Shown here: piece by piece, positions 1-24,013 of the stretch
Layout of the letters: each line of letters opens with the position of its first letter
How positions within the stretch are numbered: the first letter of the stretch is position 1
NCBI RefSeq assembly: GCF_009914755.1
Contig: NC_060943.1
Origin: the human T2T-CHM13v2.0 reference genome, Homo sapiens
DNA length: 64,000 nt
Strand: one strand, 5' to 3'
The notes under the pieces: generated by a model
Database searches by the model: none
Told to the model about the DNA's origin: nothing
What the model saw: only the letters and a program-made list of their open reading frames with translations
Program-made: the position numbers and the translations under genes

Positions 1-214
1 AGCACTATCTCAAAAAAAATAAAATAAAATAAAATAAATAAAAAATTTAGCTGAGCGTGGTGGCACAAACCTGTAGTCCCACCTGCTTGGGAGGCGGAGG
101 TGGGAGGATCACTTGAGGGCAGTCAGTTGAGATGGCAGTGAGCATGATCAAACCACTGCATTCCAGCCTGTGGGAAACAGAGTGAGACCCCAACTCTTAA
201 AAAAGAAAAAAAAA

Positions 215-500
215 GAAAGAAAGAAAACAAACTACAAAATGCTGACGAAAGAAATCAAAGGCACTCAAATGGAGACATATACAATGTCAATTTATTGGAA
301 GACTCAGCATAGAAACAATGTGAAATTAACCAAATTGATATACAACATTAATACATTTCCTATCAAGGTGTTTTGTGGATACTAACAAGATTATCCAAAA
401 AATTATGTAGAAAGGCAAAAAAAGATAGAATGCCTAAAACATCTGGGAAAAAAAATAAAAAGGTTGGAATCATTTCATGTGATTTCAAGTCTTCTAATAT
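215..500 (+). mobile_element. Old L1 (L1M-type) ORF2 3' fragment
   Basis: AACTACAAAATGCTGACGAAAGAAATCAAAG...TGGAGACATATACAATG...ATTGGAAGACTCA resembles the L1 ORF2 C-terminal region (NYKMLTKEIK). Confidence 0.65.
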
Positions 501-1131
501 AGTATAAGTATTTCCTTCTTTTTTTCATATTTACAATAAACCTAGTTTATACCTGCCGTGATCTTATGTGCATACTCATGCATATTTTTTTTCTCCAAAT
601 AACAGCTTCATTTATGTGCCCCCTAAACTTTTCACTACAGTAACAAAGGGAAGAAATGCATGAAACATAGAATGTAGACTGCAACATATGGAAAAGGAAA
701 CTTTTTAAAATTGTGTACAAAAACAAAAAATAATTTTATTACAATTAAAGAACCAGAGAACATTTTGCTTAATACCATAATCAAAAATGACATTTCCGTA
801 GCTTTTGGAAAAATGCTCTTCTAGTAGAGTCCTATTTATTATATATAACAATTAGATAATGATAAATTATATTATGTAAATAAACACTTCACAATAATTT
901 TCACTGAACTGATATGAAAAATATCTTAGGCAATTTTACTAAACAGTATTTCACAAGCATTTTCAACAGTCATATTGTGCAATGGGACCTATGTGTCCAG
1001 CCACAAGAGGAATGTAATAAGCTATTACCATGAAGAAAATTGAAGTCTCTCCTAACCAAGTCTGGAGTTTCAAGAGTAAACATTCAGTGTTATCCTAAAG
1101 AGTTAGACTTCATTTTGTGATGTCTGAGTAA

Positions 1132-1717
1132 TGTGATGGTTAATATTAGGTGTCAACTTGAGTGAGTTGAAGGATATCTAGATGGCTGATAAAGTATTGT
1201 TTCTGGGTGTGTCTGTGAGGGTGTTGCCGAGGAGATTGACATTTGAGTCAGTGGACTAGGAGAGGAAGACCCACCCTCAATGTGAGTGGGCACCATCCGA
1301 CTGGCTGCCAGTGTGGCTAGAACAAAGCAGGTGGAAGAAGGTGGGATAACCTTGCTTGCTGAGTCTTCTGGTTCTCTTTCTTCTTCCCATGCTGGATGCT
1401 TGTTTATGCTTCTCCTGCCCTTGGACATCAGATTATAGGTTCTTCAGCCTTTGGACTCTGGGACTTGAACCAGCAGCTTCCTGGGATATCTCGAGCCTTT
1501 GGTCACAGACTGAAGGTTGCATCATTGGCTTCCTTGGTTTTGAGGTTTTCAGACTTGGACTGAGCCACTACCAGCTTCTCTCTTCTCCAGCTTGCATACA
1601 GCCTATCATGGGACCTTTGCCTTGTAATTGTGTGAACCAATTCTCCCTAATAAACTCCCTTTTATATATACATGTATCCCATTTGTTCTGTACCTATAGA
1701 GAACCCTGACTAATACA
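1132..1717 (+). mobile_element. MLT2B-like ERVL 5' LTR
   Basis: Starts TGTGATGGTTAATATTAGGTGTCAACTTG and ends GAGAACCCTGACTAATACA. Followed by TTTGGTACC, the typical start of the ERVL internal region. Confidence 0.85.
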
Positions 1718-3034
1718 GACTTTGGTACCTGGAGTGGTTTTTTTTTGTTTTTTTTTTTTTTTTGACAGGGTCTCACTCTTTTGCCCAGGCTGGAGTGCAG
1801 TGGTGCAATCTTGGCTCACTGCAACCTCCACCTCTGAGGTTCAAGCCATCCTCCTGCCTCAGCTCCCCAGGCAGCTGGGACTACAGGTGTGCACCACCAT
1901 ACCTGGCTAATTTTTGCATTTTTTGTATGATGCGGTTTTGCCATGCTTCCCAGGCTGATCTCGAACTCCCGAGCTCAAGTAATCCACCTGCCTTGGCCTC
2001 CCAAAGTACTGGGAATACAGGTGTGAGCCACTGTGTCCAGCCTAGAGGAACAAAATTTTAAGGATGAATTTCCTTAGTTGGTTTAGGGGCTTCTGGAGTT
2101 GGCTCTCTAATCTTATTACAACTAAAAATGCTAAGGTCTCTACTTCTAATAGTACAGAGAACACTGATAGTCCTTGGTATGCATTGTTCAGAGACTCGTG
2201 CAAAATAAATGTATTTGATACTCATGATTCAGTGCTCCTGAGAGGCAAGGAGTTTAGTGACTTTATACATGATACTTTTCAACATTTCTGGAGAACCAAA
2301 GAACATAATGAAGTTGCTTTCCTAAGTTCCCTGGTAAAAAATGATGAAAGAAATGGATAAGCTCAGAGATGATACCTCCCAGATCTAGAATATATCATAC
2401 TTAGCCTCAAAGCTTCTAAGGGTACCCTGGGTGCGACTGTTTTGTAGACAAAAGGCTGAAATTGCCAAAAATCAGACACAAGCTCTTATGTGAGTGGATG
2501 ACCTACAATAATTGGTGCACACTCAGCCTCACCAGGTATCTATAAAGTAAGGGCATTGATTGGGAAAGATTGGGAGCATGTAACTTGACATAGGGATGTG
2601 TGGGAGGATCCTGATGAAGCTGGGAACACTGAGCTCTTAAACCCTGATGAGCCCTTTTTGCGAGAGAAAATGGCCTCCCTACCCCTCATGGTGGCAACAT
2701 CTTCTTCCCCACCAAGGCTGCTTTCAGCCTTTGTACCTTTTTTCTGAGGACATTCACCATGCATTGCCTGAGGAAACAACAATGGCCTCCTCTGAGGCAG
2801 ATGCGAGGCAAGGCAATGCTGATTCTTCTCAGGTTCCTCCCCCACCACCCTTCTTTGCCTCTAGACCTGTAACTAGACTCAAGTCCCAGTGGCTGCTAGA
2901 GGTGATGTGACCCGTGAGGAGGTGCGCTGCACTCCAAAAGAACTGCTGAGGCATAATTATGACATTATTGTCTATATTTGGAGATTATGATTTAAGGAGA
3001 TGTGTATGGGTGCCAAGTTGATGAGGGGTAGACT
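1718..3034 (+). mobile_element. ERVL (HERV-L-type) internal remnant: gag 5' part joined to the 3' end; pol deleted; Alu at ~1738-2041
   Basis: ORF 2064-2360 (MNFLSWFRGFWSWLSNL...ENTDSPW) resembles ERVL Gag. Purine tract GAGGGGTAGACT lies just before the 3' LTR. Confidence 0.75.
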
Positions 3035-4033
3035 TGTGGTTAATCTTGGTTGTCAGTTTGATTGGATTGAGGGATGCCTAGATGGTTCATAAAGTATTGT
3101 TTCTGGATATGTCAGTGAGTGTATTGCTAAAGGAGATTGACATGGGAGTCAGTAAACTGGGAGAGGAAGGCCCACCCTCAGTGTGGGTGGGCACCATCCA
3201 GTTGACTGCCAGACGGCTAGAACAAAACAGGCAAAAGGTAGAATAAATTGACTTGCTGGGTCTTCTGGCTCTTTCTTCTTTCTATGCTGGACGCTTGCTT
3301 ACACTCCTCCTGCCCTTGGAAATCAGACTCCAGGTTCTTTGGCCTTCAGACTCCGAGGCTTGCACTAGTGGCTTCCCAAGGGCTTCCAGGCTTTTAGCCA
3401 TAGACTGAAAGCCTAATATGGATTGGATCTATGTCCCTATCCAAAACTCATGTTGAACTGTAATCCCCAGTGCTGAAAGTGGGGCCTGGTGGGAGGTGAT
3501 TTGATCATGGAGGGCATTTCACGTGGTTTGACACCATCTTCCTCTTTGTGCTCCCATTGCAATAGTGAGTTCTTGTGAGATCTGGTTGTTTAAACATGTG
3601 TGGCACCTACCCCCACCCACTTCCTCCTGTTCTGGCCATGTGAAGTGCCTGCTCTTACTTCACCTTCCTTCATGATTTTAAGTTTCCTAAGGCCTCCCTA
3701 GAAGTCAGAGAGATGCTGGCATTATGCTTCCGGCACACCCTGCAGAACTGTGAGCCAATTAAACCTCTTTTCTTTATAAATTACCCAGTGTTAGATATTT
3801 CTTTATAGCAATGTGAGAATGGACTAATACAAGGCTGTAATACTGTTGGCTTCCCTGGTTCAGAGACTTTTGGATTTTAACTGAGCGACTACCAGCTTTT
3901 CTCTTCCCTGGTTTGCAGAGAGCCTATTGTGGAACTTAACTTTACAATTGTATGAGCCGGTTCTCCCTAATAAACTCCCTTTTATATATACACAGATCCT
4001 ATTAGTTCTGTTTCTCTGTAGAACCCTAATACA
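3035..4033 (+). mobile_element. MLT2B-like ERVL 3' LTR interrupted by an MST LTR
   Basis: Colinear with 1132-1717 (AAAGTATTGTTTCTGG, GGGCACCATCC, TTCTCCCTAATAAACTCCC) and ends CCCTAATACA. Confidence 0.85.
3414..3831 (+). mobile_element. MSTA/MSTB MaLR solo LTR nested in the MLT2 LTR
   Basis: CTCATGTTGAACTGTAATCCCCAG...GGGGCCTGGTGGGAGGTG...AATTAAACCTCTTTTCTTTATAAATTACCCAG...GGACTAATACA. Confidence 0.85.
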
Positions 4034-5589
4034 ATTACTAACACATTTTACACCTCTGCACTCCCTCTTTGTATTCTGCCCATCTTGTCAAGCTGATAAT
4101 AAAGCCTGAGTGCCCCCTCCTTTTGCACCAGCTGGAAGTTCAAACCACAAGTGGGTACTCCAACCCCAGCCCTATCCTTTAACAATCATGGTACCCCAAG
4201 CCTGTCATCTATTCCAGTTCTCTGAAGCTGCATTTGAACCAGCTAGAGAAGTCTACCCTGCTTTCTCCATAAAGCCTCATTATGTAATAAACATTTTCAG
4301 GCCATTTGAGTGTATGGCATCATCATTATCAATATCCAAACCAAACCTCAGGTAGACTTTAGACAAGTTCCAGTACAGTGGGCAAAAGTTAAAATTACCA
4401 AAAAAAAGGTATGAAGGTGAATATATGAAATTTCTAGTCAGTCTGCCAAAAGAAAACAATACTCATTTTGTGTGTTCATTCTTGAGAAAATGTATGAAGA
4501 TTAGTATTTTCAGATTAATGTCACTAATCACAAGGACGAAAAAGACATTATTACAGTATTTTTACCCTTAACCTCATACATTTTTACATCTTATTTTTCA
4601 TATTACTATATTGGTATACTTCATATAAATGAAGGTGCATGCCATGGGTCTTATTTGGCATACACACAAAAAGGCACATAGAAATATAATAATATGGTGG
4701 CCAGGCACAGTGACTCATGCCTGTATTCCCAGCACTTTGGGAGGCTAAGGCGGGTAGATCACCTGAGGCCATGAGTTCGAGACCAGCCTGCCCAACATGG
4801 TGAAAACCCTAATGGTGCATTATTATTGTCTGCTATAAAGTATCTTCCTGTGGTGGGATAAAACAGTGTTGGTAGACATAACATGATTCATTCATACTTA
4901 AGAAAATTTAAACTTTATTACATAAAACATGAGAACTATGCACATTCTAAATCAAAGTTGCACATTATATTACCAACAGTTAAATGTGAATTCTATTCAA
5001 GAACATGCTATATTGGCAGTTTTCATTAAACTCTCTACTCTGATATAACTGTTCTCTCTTCCATTTCAAAAATAAGACTATAGTTCATCAATTTTTGCTA
5101 AACAACAGCTATTGCTATTCAGTTGAGGAGGTGGCCATCATTTCCCCTGGATGATTTCTATGGCATAATCAGTCCCTAAGAACCCATTACTCTTTTCCAT
5201 AAAAATCCTATTTTCCTAAGGCCATGACATGCTCTATTTTGAGGTTATTTGGTAGAGCATAGAAGCACTAAGCCATTCTGTAAGGAAAAGGATACATTGA
5301 ACACAATAAGTATAATGACTGGCATCATAGTTTTACATTATTCTCTGCTCACCTCCATGCCATGAAAAGATTTCAAAGTTCAGGCTAAAGTCATAAAGAG
5401 TAAAGAAGCCTTTTCAAAAAACCTCCCAAATAATTTTTTAAAAAATTATAAGCTGAATATAACTGATCATTTCCACATGCCGTTGAACCTTTGGTACACA
5501 TCATGTCATGAGGATAAACATATTTTGTTGTATAATGTTTCTTCAGCATGCAATATCATACATTAATATAAGAGAACCAGAGACTGAGT

Positions 5590-7925
<2,336 letters not shown>

Positions 7926-8245
7926 CTTTCTTTTCTTTCTTTCTTTTTTTTTTTTTTTTGAGACAGAGTCTTTCTCTGTCGCCCAGGCTGGAGTGCAGTG
8001 GAGTGCAGTGATCTCTGCTCACTGCAACCTCCACCTCCTGGGTTCAAGCAGTTCTCCTGCCTCAGCCTCCTGAGTAGCTGAGATTACAGGCGCCAGCCAC
8101 CACGCCCAGCTAATTTTTTTGTATTTTTAGTAGAGACGGGGTTTCACCATGTTGGTCAGGCTGGTCTCGAACCTCTGATCTCATGATCCACCCGCCTCGG
8201 CATCTCAAAGTGCTGGGATTATAGGCGTGAGCCACCGCGCCTGGC

Positions 8246-9050
8246 TGAGTGCAGCCAATTAATATCCCCTAATAGCTGTTGAAAATAATTTGAAGTCTGT
8301 AACCTGTCTTTACAGAGAACTACTTTCTGAGGCTGTACACTTCTTTCAGTAACAATAGTGCCTGCGTAATGGTATGGGGAAATTGTACCTTTTCTGGAGC
8401 TATTTTGAGATTCCATTTAGTTAAAGCCTGCTTTGTTCCTCGGAATAACTCATGTGAGATTTGATCTGTAGGAGCGACCAAAAGAATGTCATCCATATAA
8501 TGAATGATGTAAGCAGTAGGAAACATATTCCAAGGCTCCTTTCATGCCCTTCCTACAAAATGCTGACATAGTGTAGGACTGTTAAGTATGCCTTGAGGTA
8601 AAACTTTCCATTGATAGCGAGAAACAGGTTCTCTTTGATTAATAGAAGGCACAGAGAAAGCAAATTGAGGCTTATCCTTCTTATGTAAGGGTATAGTAAA
8701 AAAAAAAAACAATCCTTAAGATCTATTACTACAAGAGGCCAGTATCTTGGAATGGCTGCTGGGGCTGGCAGACCTTGCTGTAATGCACCCATTGGTTTAA
8801 TTTGTGCATTAACAGCTCTCAAATCATGCCACAGTCACCATCTTCCGGGCTTTTTTGAGATAACAAACACTGGTGAATTCCAGCTGACATCACTATATGT
8901 CCTGCATCCAATTGCTCTTTTACTAGCTGCTGAAGTTGAGTTTGTTTCTCCTGTGTTAGGGGCCATTGATCGACCCATACAGGTGTTTTGCTGAGCCATT
9001 CTAATGGTAAGGCAGTTGGCAGAGGAGAAATATCAATGACCCCCATCAGA
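8246..9050 (-). pseudogene. HML-6 pol (RT domain), frameshifted, cut at an Alu
   Basis: ORFs 8819-9046 (PVWVDQWPL), 8553-8822 (IDLKDCFF), 8320-8526 (IIHYMDDILL) and 8219-8416 (QQLLGDINW). Confidence 0.9.
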
Positions 9051-9972
9051 AATCCTGATGTCCTAGCCCTTTTCTATCTGTTTTTCCAGTTTCTCATATC
9101 GGGTTAGGAGTTCCTTGTAGGAATTTCCCTAAACTTTTCCCACTCTGATATCCCATATTCTTCAACATTTTAAATCCTGGGTTATCAAATTTTCACTTGT
9201 AAGTCTGCTATCCCATGCCGTAAGTCTCAGCCCCATAAATTGATAGCTATATTTGCAACATAGAGCTGAAAAGTATATGACTGTCCACCCAGACCAAGAC
9301 AAAGTAAAATCTCAGCACTCTGTCAAACACTTTGAACTGCTCCTACTCCCACTAGGGATGTGGAGGTTAGTCTGAGAGGCCATGGTAGGGGCCGGTCCTT
9401 ACTGGTTATTACTGACACATCAGCTCCTGTGTCCATTAGCCCATAAAATTTCTTTTCTTTAATTTGTATTACACAGGTAGGTCTATTAGAGTTTATGGGT
9501 TGGGATAGATTTCCCATGTAGTTGTGCTCCCAAACCCTTTGTTCCCTCATTTCTCTTTTCATGGAGAAGGGTGTAATTTGCAGAGAATAAGCAACAATTG
9601 AGCAATATATTCTCCTGGTTCAAAAACCTGAAGATCTTGTGACATTAAAACTACTTGAATTTCTCCTTCATAATTGGAGTCAACTACTCCAGGGACTACA
9701 GTGATGCCTCACAAGTTAAGATGGCTCTTGCCCAAAATTAGTCCCATGTATCCTGCTGGTAAAGGTCTCTAAATGCCAGGGGGAGCTTTGGTAGGTTTGT
9801 CTCCTCCAACTAATATAATTCTTTCTCTGGCAGGGAGATCTTATCCTGGACTTCCTGGTGTTCCTGGGGTGAGGGAATCAATGTTTCTTCTGGGACCCAC
9901 CCCTGAAGTGTGGTTGTGGTCTGAAATATGAATGCCCTTATTGTTTGAGGGGCCTGGGTCCAGGCCCCCTTC

Positions 9973-9990
<18 letters not shown>
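9051..9990 (-). pseudogene. HML-6 pro (dUTPase region plus aspartic protease), disrupted
   Basis: ORF 9323-9562 contains FYGLMDTGADVSVI and lies between gag and pol. Confidence 0.85.
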
Positions 9991-11811
<1,821 letters not shown>

Positions 11812-12131
11812 GTTAACCTGATTCAGAAATTTCTCTTTCCCAAGGCCGGGCGCAGTGGCTCACGCCTGTAATCCCAGCACTTTGGGAGGCCGAGGCGGGC
11901 AGATCATGAGGTCAGGAGATCAAGACCATCCTGGCTAATGCGGTGAAACCCCATCTCTACTAAAAATAGCAAAAATTAGACGGGTGTGGTGGCGGGCGCC
12001 CGAAGTCCCACCTACTTGGGAGGCTGAGGCAGGAGAATGGTGAGAACCTGAGAGTCAGAGCTTGCAGTGAGCGGAGATTGTGCCATTGCACTCCAGCCTG
12101 GGAGACTGGGAGACAGAGCGAGACTCCATCT

Positions 12132-12164
<33 letters not shown>

Positions 12165-12487
12165 CTTCTCGTTCCCAGTACTTTTTTGAAGCACTGACCA
12201 TAGAGATTCCATTATGGTTTTGACATTTTGGGAAACCAGTTTTACCATTGTGTCAGTAAAACAGTAAGATAGTTTGAGAGCATATGATCTAAATAAAGAT
12301 ATTTGAAGGGTTAGTTGGAATTCTAAAAGTAGGTAATGGCCAAATAGCATTCTCATTCCTTACCAGACAAAAACTTCTTTGTCAAAGGAATTAGAAAATG
12401 TGAAAATATTTTTTCCAGATAAAGCTCATATGCCACTTCCAATTGACTAATGAAATATAATAGACAGACTGAAAAAGTGGATTATGA

Positions 12488-12704
<217 letters not shown>

Positions 12705-13489
12705 TAGCCAGGATGGTCTTGATCTGACCTCGTGATCCACCTGCTTCGGCCTACCAAAGTGCTGGGATTACAGGCGTGAGCCACCGTGCCCAGTCGATTA
12801 TGAATCTTAAAATGCTTCCTGTAAATATTATGTAGCTAAAGATTGATTTCCAGCATCTGACATAATGGTAGGTTTCTTGTTAACCAGTTTCTCTTCTTTC
12901 TGGGTAATTGCAAGTGAATATGTGCACATACTGACCGAAATAAAATCAGGGCCTGAACTTAGTTGTTTACTGAAAATTCCTGGGCAAATAGTCCATAAAA
13001 GCTGTTTATCTCTGAATGCACTATGGCTGGTTAAATACAGAGAACATCCTTCTTCCAGCTGTAAAGGATGAAGCATATTAAACATTACCCAGGCAGATGA
13101 AGCTAAATAACCATACAGCAGCTCTGTCTGACAATGTTGTGCTGGATATTGCAGTTTACTTTTCAAGGTGCAGATGTAAGGATTTAAAAAAAAAAAAAAA
13201 TTTTTGGCCGGGCACAGTGGCTCATGCCTATAATCCCAGCACTTTAAGAGGCCGAGGCAGGTGGATCACAAGGTCAGGAGTTCAAGACGAGCGTGGCCAA
13301 GATGGTGAAACCCCGTCTCTACCAAAAATAACAAAAATTAGCCGGGCATGGTGGCACTTGCCTATAATCCCAGCTACTCGGGTGGCTGAGGCAGAGAGTT
13401 GCTTGAACCTGGGAGGCAGAGGTTGCAATGAGCCGTGATCACGCCACCGCACCCCAGTCTGGGTGACAGAGTGAGACTCCATCTCAAAA

Positions 13490-13490
13490 G

Positions 13491-13536
<46 letters not shown>
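13490..13536. repeat. (AAT)n microsatellite derived from an Alu tail
   Basis: Direct read of the sequence. Confidence 0.95.
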
Positions 13537-13537
<1 letters not shown>

Positions 13538-13892
13538 TTGGCACCAAATAAATATGAGTAGCATCCTTTGGCCTATGAAATAGAGTCAGGATTTGCAGGG
13601 AATTGAGTTTGAGAAATGAATGAATAAAGGCACCGTGGTGCCTGACCCCCTCATTCATGTGTGTGACTCTGAGCACTCACAGGCATGTCCAGCAACTCAG
13701 CCCAGGGCAGGTGGGTTAGCCTGGGGTTATACCTTGAACCTTATATTACTCTCAGTACCTCTTTAGGGCACTGACCTTATATCGGCTGCGGCAGACTCCT
13801 CCTGGTGTCCCCATTCATCTGATCAATTTCACTTCTTCTGCTCCAGCAGACCTTCTTCCTTCATGTCCTCCTATCCCTGTGTATGGGTGCCA

Positions 13893-14032
13893 TGTTGCCG
13901 TGGACCCTGTTGGACTGAACAAAGGAGAAGGAACGCGGGAATTAAAGACAAAAGAATATGTTTGGAAGAAGTGGTCAGGGGACTCCTTGCTTCTGGTGAA
14001 CAAGGGCCCTGAGCATCTAGCACCTTTCACAT
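13893..14032 (-). mobile_element. LTR3 (HML-6 5' LTR), 3' end only
   Basis: Immediately adjacent to the PBS. TGGACCCTGTTGGACTGAACAAAGG...GTGAACAAGGGCCCTGAGC resembles the LTR3 minus strand. Confidence 0.75.
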
Positions 14033-16436
<2,404 letters not shown>

Positions 16437-17135
16437 TGAAGGGGGTGGCCTGCCCCTCCACACTTGTGGGCGTTTCTCATCAGGTGGAACGAGAGACTTG
16501 AGAAAATAAAGAGACACAGAGACAAAGTATAGAGAAAGAAAAGCGGGCCCAGGGAACCGACGCTCAGCATACGGAGGACCCACGCTGGCTCCAGTCTCTG
16601 AGTCCCCTTAGTATTTATTAATCATTATTGGGCGTTTCTCAGAGAGGGGAATGTGGCAGGACAATAGGGTAATAGTAGAGAGGTCAGCAGGAAAACTTGT
16701 GAACAAATGTCTCTGCATCATAAACAAGGTAAAGGAAAAAGTGCTGTGCTTTTGATGTGCATATACATAAACACCTCAATGCCTTAAAGAGCAGTATTGC
16801 TGCCAGCATGTCTCACCTCCAGCCCTAAGGCGGTTTTCCCCTATCTCAGTAGATGGTATATACAATTGGGCTTTACACCCAGACATTCCTTTGCCAGGGA
16901 CGAGTGGGAGACAGATGCCTTCCTCTTATCTCAACTGCAAAGAGGCCTTCCTTCCTCTTTCACTAATCCTCCTCAGCACAGACCCTTTACGGGTGTCGGG
17001 CTAGGGGATGGTCAGGTCTTTCCCTTCCCACGAGGCCATATTTCAGAATATCACATGGGGGAGAAACTTTGGACAATACCTGGCTTTCCTAGGCAGAGGT
17101 CCCTGCAGACTTCCACAGTGTATTGTGTCTCTGGG
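16437..17135 (-). mobile_element. LTR5B-like HERV-K(HML-2) LTR, U3 end missing
   Basis: TGAAGGGGGTGGCCTGCCCCTCCACAC is the reverse complement of the LTR5 3' end. Internal ACAGATGCCTTCCTCTTATCTCAACTGC. Confidence 0.85.
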
Positions 17136-17533
17136 TGTCAGGCCTCTGAGCCCAAGCTAAGCCATCGTATACCCTGTGACCTGCACATACACATCCAGAT
17201 GGCCGGTTCCTGCCTTAACTGATGACATTCCACCACAAAAGAAGTGAAAATGGCCTGTTCCTGCCTTAACTGATGACATTGTCTTGTGAAATTCCTTCTC
17301 CTGGCTCATCCTGGCTCAAAAGCTCCCCCACTGAGTACCTTGTGACCCCCACTCTGCCCGCCAGAGAACAACCCCCCTTTGACTGTAATTTTCCTTTACC
17401 TACCCAAATCCTATAAAACGGCCCCACCCCTATCTCCCTTCACTGACTCTCTTTTTGGACTCAGCCCGCCTGCACCCAGGTGAAATAAACAGCCATGTTG
17501 CTCCAACAAAGCCTGTTTGGTGGTCTCTTCACA
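17136..17533 (+). mobile_element. LTR7 (HERV-H type I LTR), last ~15 nt missing
   Basis: TGTCAGGCCTCTGAGCCCAAGC start, duplicated CCTGCCTTAACTGATGACATT, TATA CTATAAAA near 17411, AATAAA at 17484-17489. Confidence 0.92.
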
Positions 17534-17640
17534 AAATTTCATGCGCATCCATGTGAAGAGACCACCAAACAGACTTTGTGTGAGCAACATGGCTGTTTAT
17601 TTCACCTGGGTGCAGGCGGGCTGAGTCCAAAAAGAGAGTC
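17534..17640 (-). mobile_element. Inverted copy of the LTR7 3' end (R/U5) including the terminus GCGCATGAAA
   Basis: 17552-17640 is the reverse complement of 17445-17533 with 3 mismatches. Confidence 0.92.
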
Positions 17641-18127
17641 GGACTTTGAATGGAAGGCGAGTCTGGTTTCCTAAGCAGTTCCTAGCTTGACTTTTCCCTT
17701 TTGTGTAGTGATCTGGTGGCCCCAAATTTATTTTCCTTTCACACAGCCCAACCCTCACACCACCTCTGGTCTATCTTGCTTGTTCTGTGTGATTACTTTT
17801 GTGCTTTTGTCATCCACTCTGGATCCTAGTAAGAACAAGGCCCCAAGGGGAGGGCGGAGCCAGAACGTGGGGCTGTGCTGGGCTCGCCCCCTCTGAGTGG
17901 AGCTCAACCCTGGCTTCACATTAGAGTGCAGAGCATTTTGCAAATAGAGCTTTTGTGCCGCTTTAGCAGGGATTCTTATTCTGATGGGATGGAACCCACC
18001 CTCAGTAATACCTGCAGTGGCGCAGGTGCTTGTCATCTGTGCGCAGCATTGAGCATCGAAGCTCTGTGTCCTCCATTTCTGAGGGCTGAGCTCAGCCTGT
18101 GATCCACAGAGAGTTGAGGGGCTGTCC

Positions 18128-19015
18128 TGTAGGGAAAGGAAAGAGAGATCAGACTGTTACTGTGTCTACGTAGAAAGAAGTAGACATAAGAGACTTCCTT
18201 TTGTTCTGTACTAAGAAAAATTCTTCTGCCTTGAGATGCTGTTAATCTGTAACCATACCCCCAACCCTGTGCTCCCAGAAATGTGCTGTGTTGACTCAAG
18301 GTTTAATGGATTTAGGGCTATGCAGGTTGTGCTTTGTTAAGCAAATGCTTGAAGGCAGTATGCTTGTTAAAAGTCATCACCACTCCCTATTCTCAAGTAC
18401 CCGGGGACACAAAACACTGTGGAAGGCTGCAAGGACCTCTGCCTAGGAAAGCCAGGTATTGTCCAAGGTTTCTCCCCATGTGACAGTCTGAAATATGGCC
18501 TCGTGGGAAGGGAAAGACCCGACCATCCCCCAGCCCGACACCCATAAATGGTCTGTGCTGTGGAGGATTAGTGAAAGAGGAAGGCCTCTTTGCAGTTGAG
18601 ATAAGAGGAAGGCATCTGTCTCCTGCTCATCCCTGGGCAATGGAATGTCTCCATGTAAAACCCGATTGTATGTTCTATTCACTGAGATAGGAGAAAACGG
18701 CCTTAGGGCTGGAGGTGAGACATGCGGGCAGCAATACTGCTCTTTAAGGCATTGAGGTGTTTATGTATATGCACATCAAAGGCACAGCACTTTTTTCTTT
18801 ACCTTGTTTATGATGCAGAGACATTTGTTCACAAGTTTTCCTGCTGACCCTTCCCCACTATTACCCTATTGTTCTGCCACATCCCCCTCTCCGAGATGGT
18901 AGAGATAGTGATCAATAAATACTGAGGGAACTCAGAGACCAGTGCCGTCGTGGGTCCTCCGTATGCTGAGCGCCGGTCCCCTGGGCCCACTGTTCTTTCT
19001 CTATACTTTGTCTCT
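18128..19015 (+). mobile_element. LTR5B-like HERV-K(HML-2) LTR, 3' end truncated at a duplication junction
   Basis: Starts TGTAGGGAAAGGAAAGAGAGATCAGACTGTTACTGTG and follows the LTR5 layout to ATACTTTGTCTCT. Confidence 0.88.
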
Positions 19016-19019
19016 TTCT

Positions 19020-23911
<4,892 letters not shown>

Positions 23912-23937
<26 letters not shown>

Positions 23938-24013
23938 AAGGTGGGAAGATTACTTGAGCCAGGGAGTTGAAGGCTGCAGTGAGCCCTGTTTTTGCCACCA
24001 CGCTCCAGCTTGG
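23912..24013 (+). other. ZNF578: Candidate 102-nt non-coding chimeric exon (ZNF-exon acceptor plus Alu-derived donor)
   Basis: Acceptor TATTTTGTAG at 23902-23911 is identical to the functional one at 43148-43157. Donor TGG|GTGAGT at 24014. Confidence 0.6.

Noticed and set aside
4034-4400. Possible old LTR fragment after the ERVL
   Set aside because: No termini or family could be assigned by eye.
13374-13676. Poly-tyrosine ORF
   Set aside because: (AAT)n Alu-tail microsatellite.
17875-18102. 75-aa ORF MLGSPPLSGAQPW... repeated at 33856 and 50956, with antisense MTSTCATAG ORFs
   Set aside because: It starts at a non-ATG codon and has no recognisable domain. Its recurrence is explained by recent segmental duplication of an intron block.
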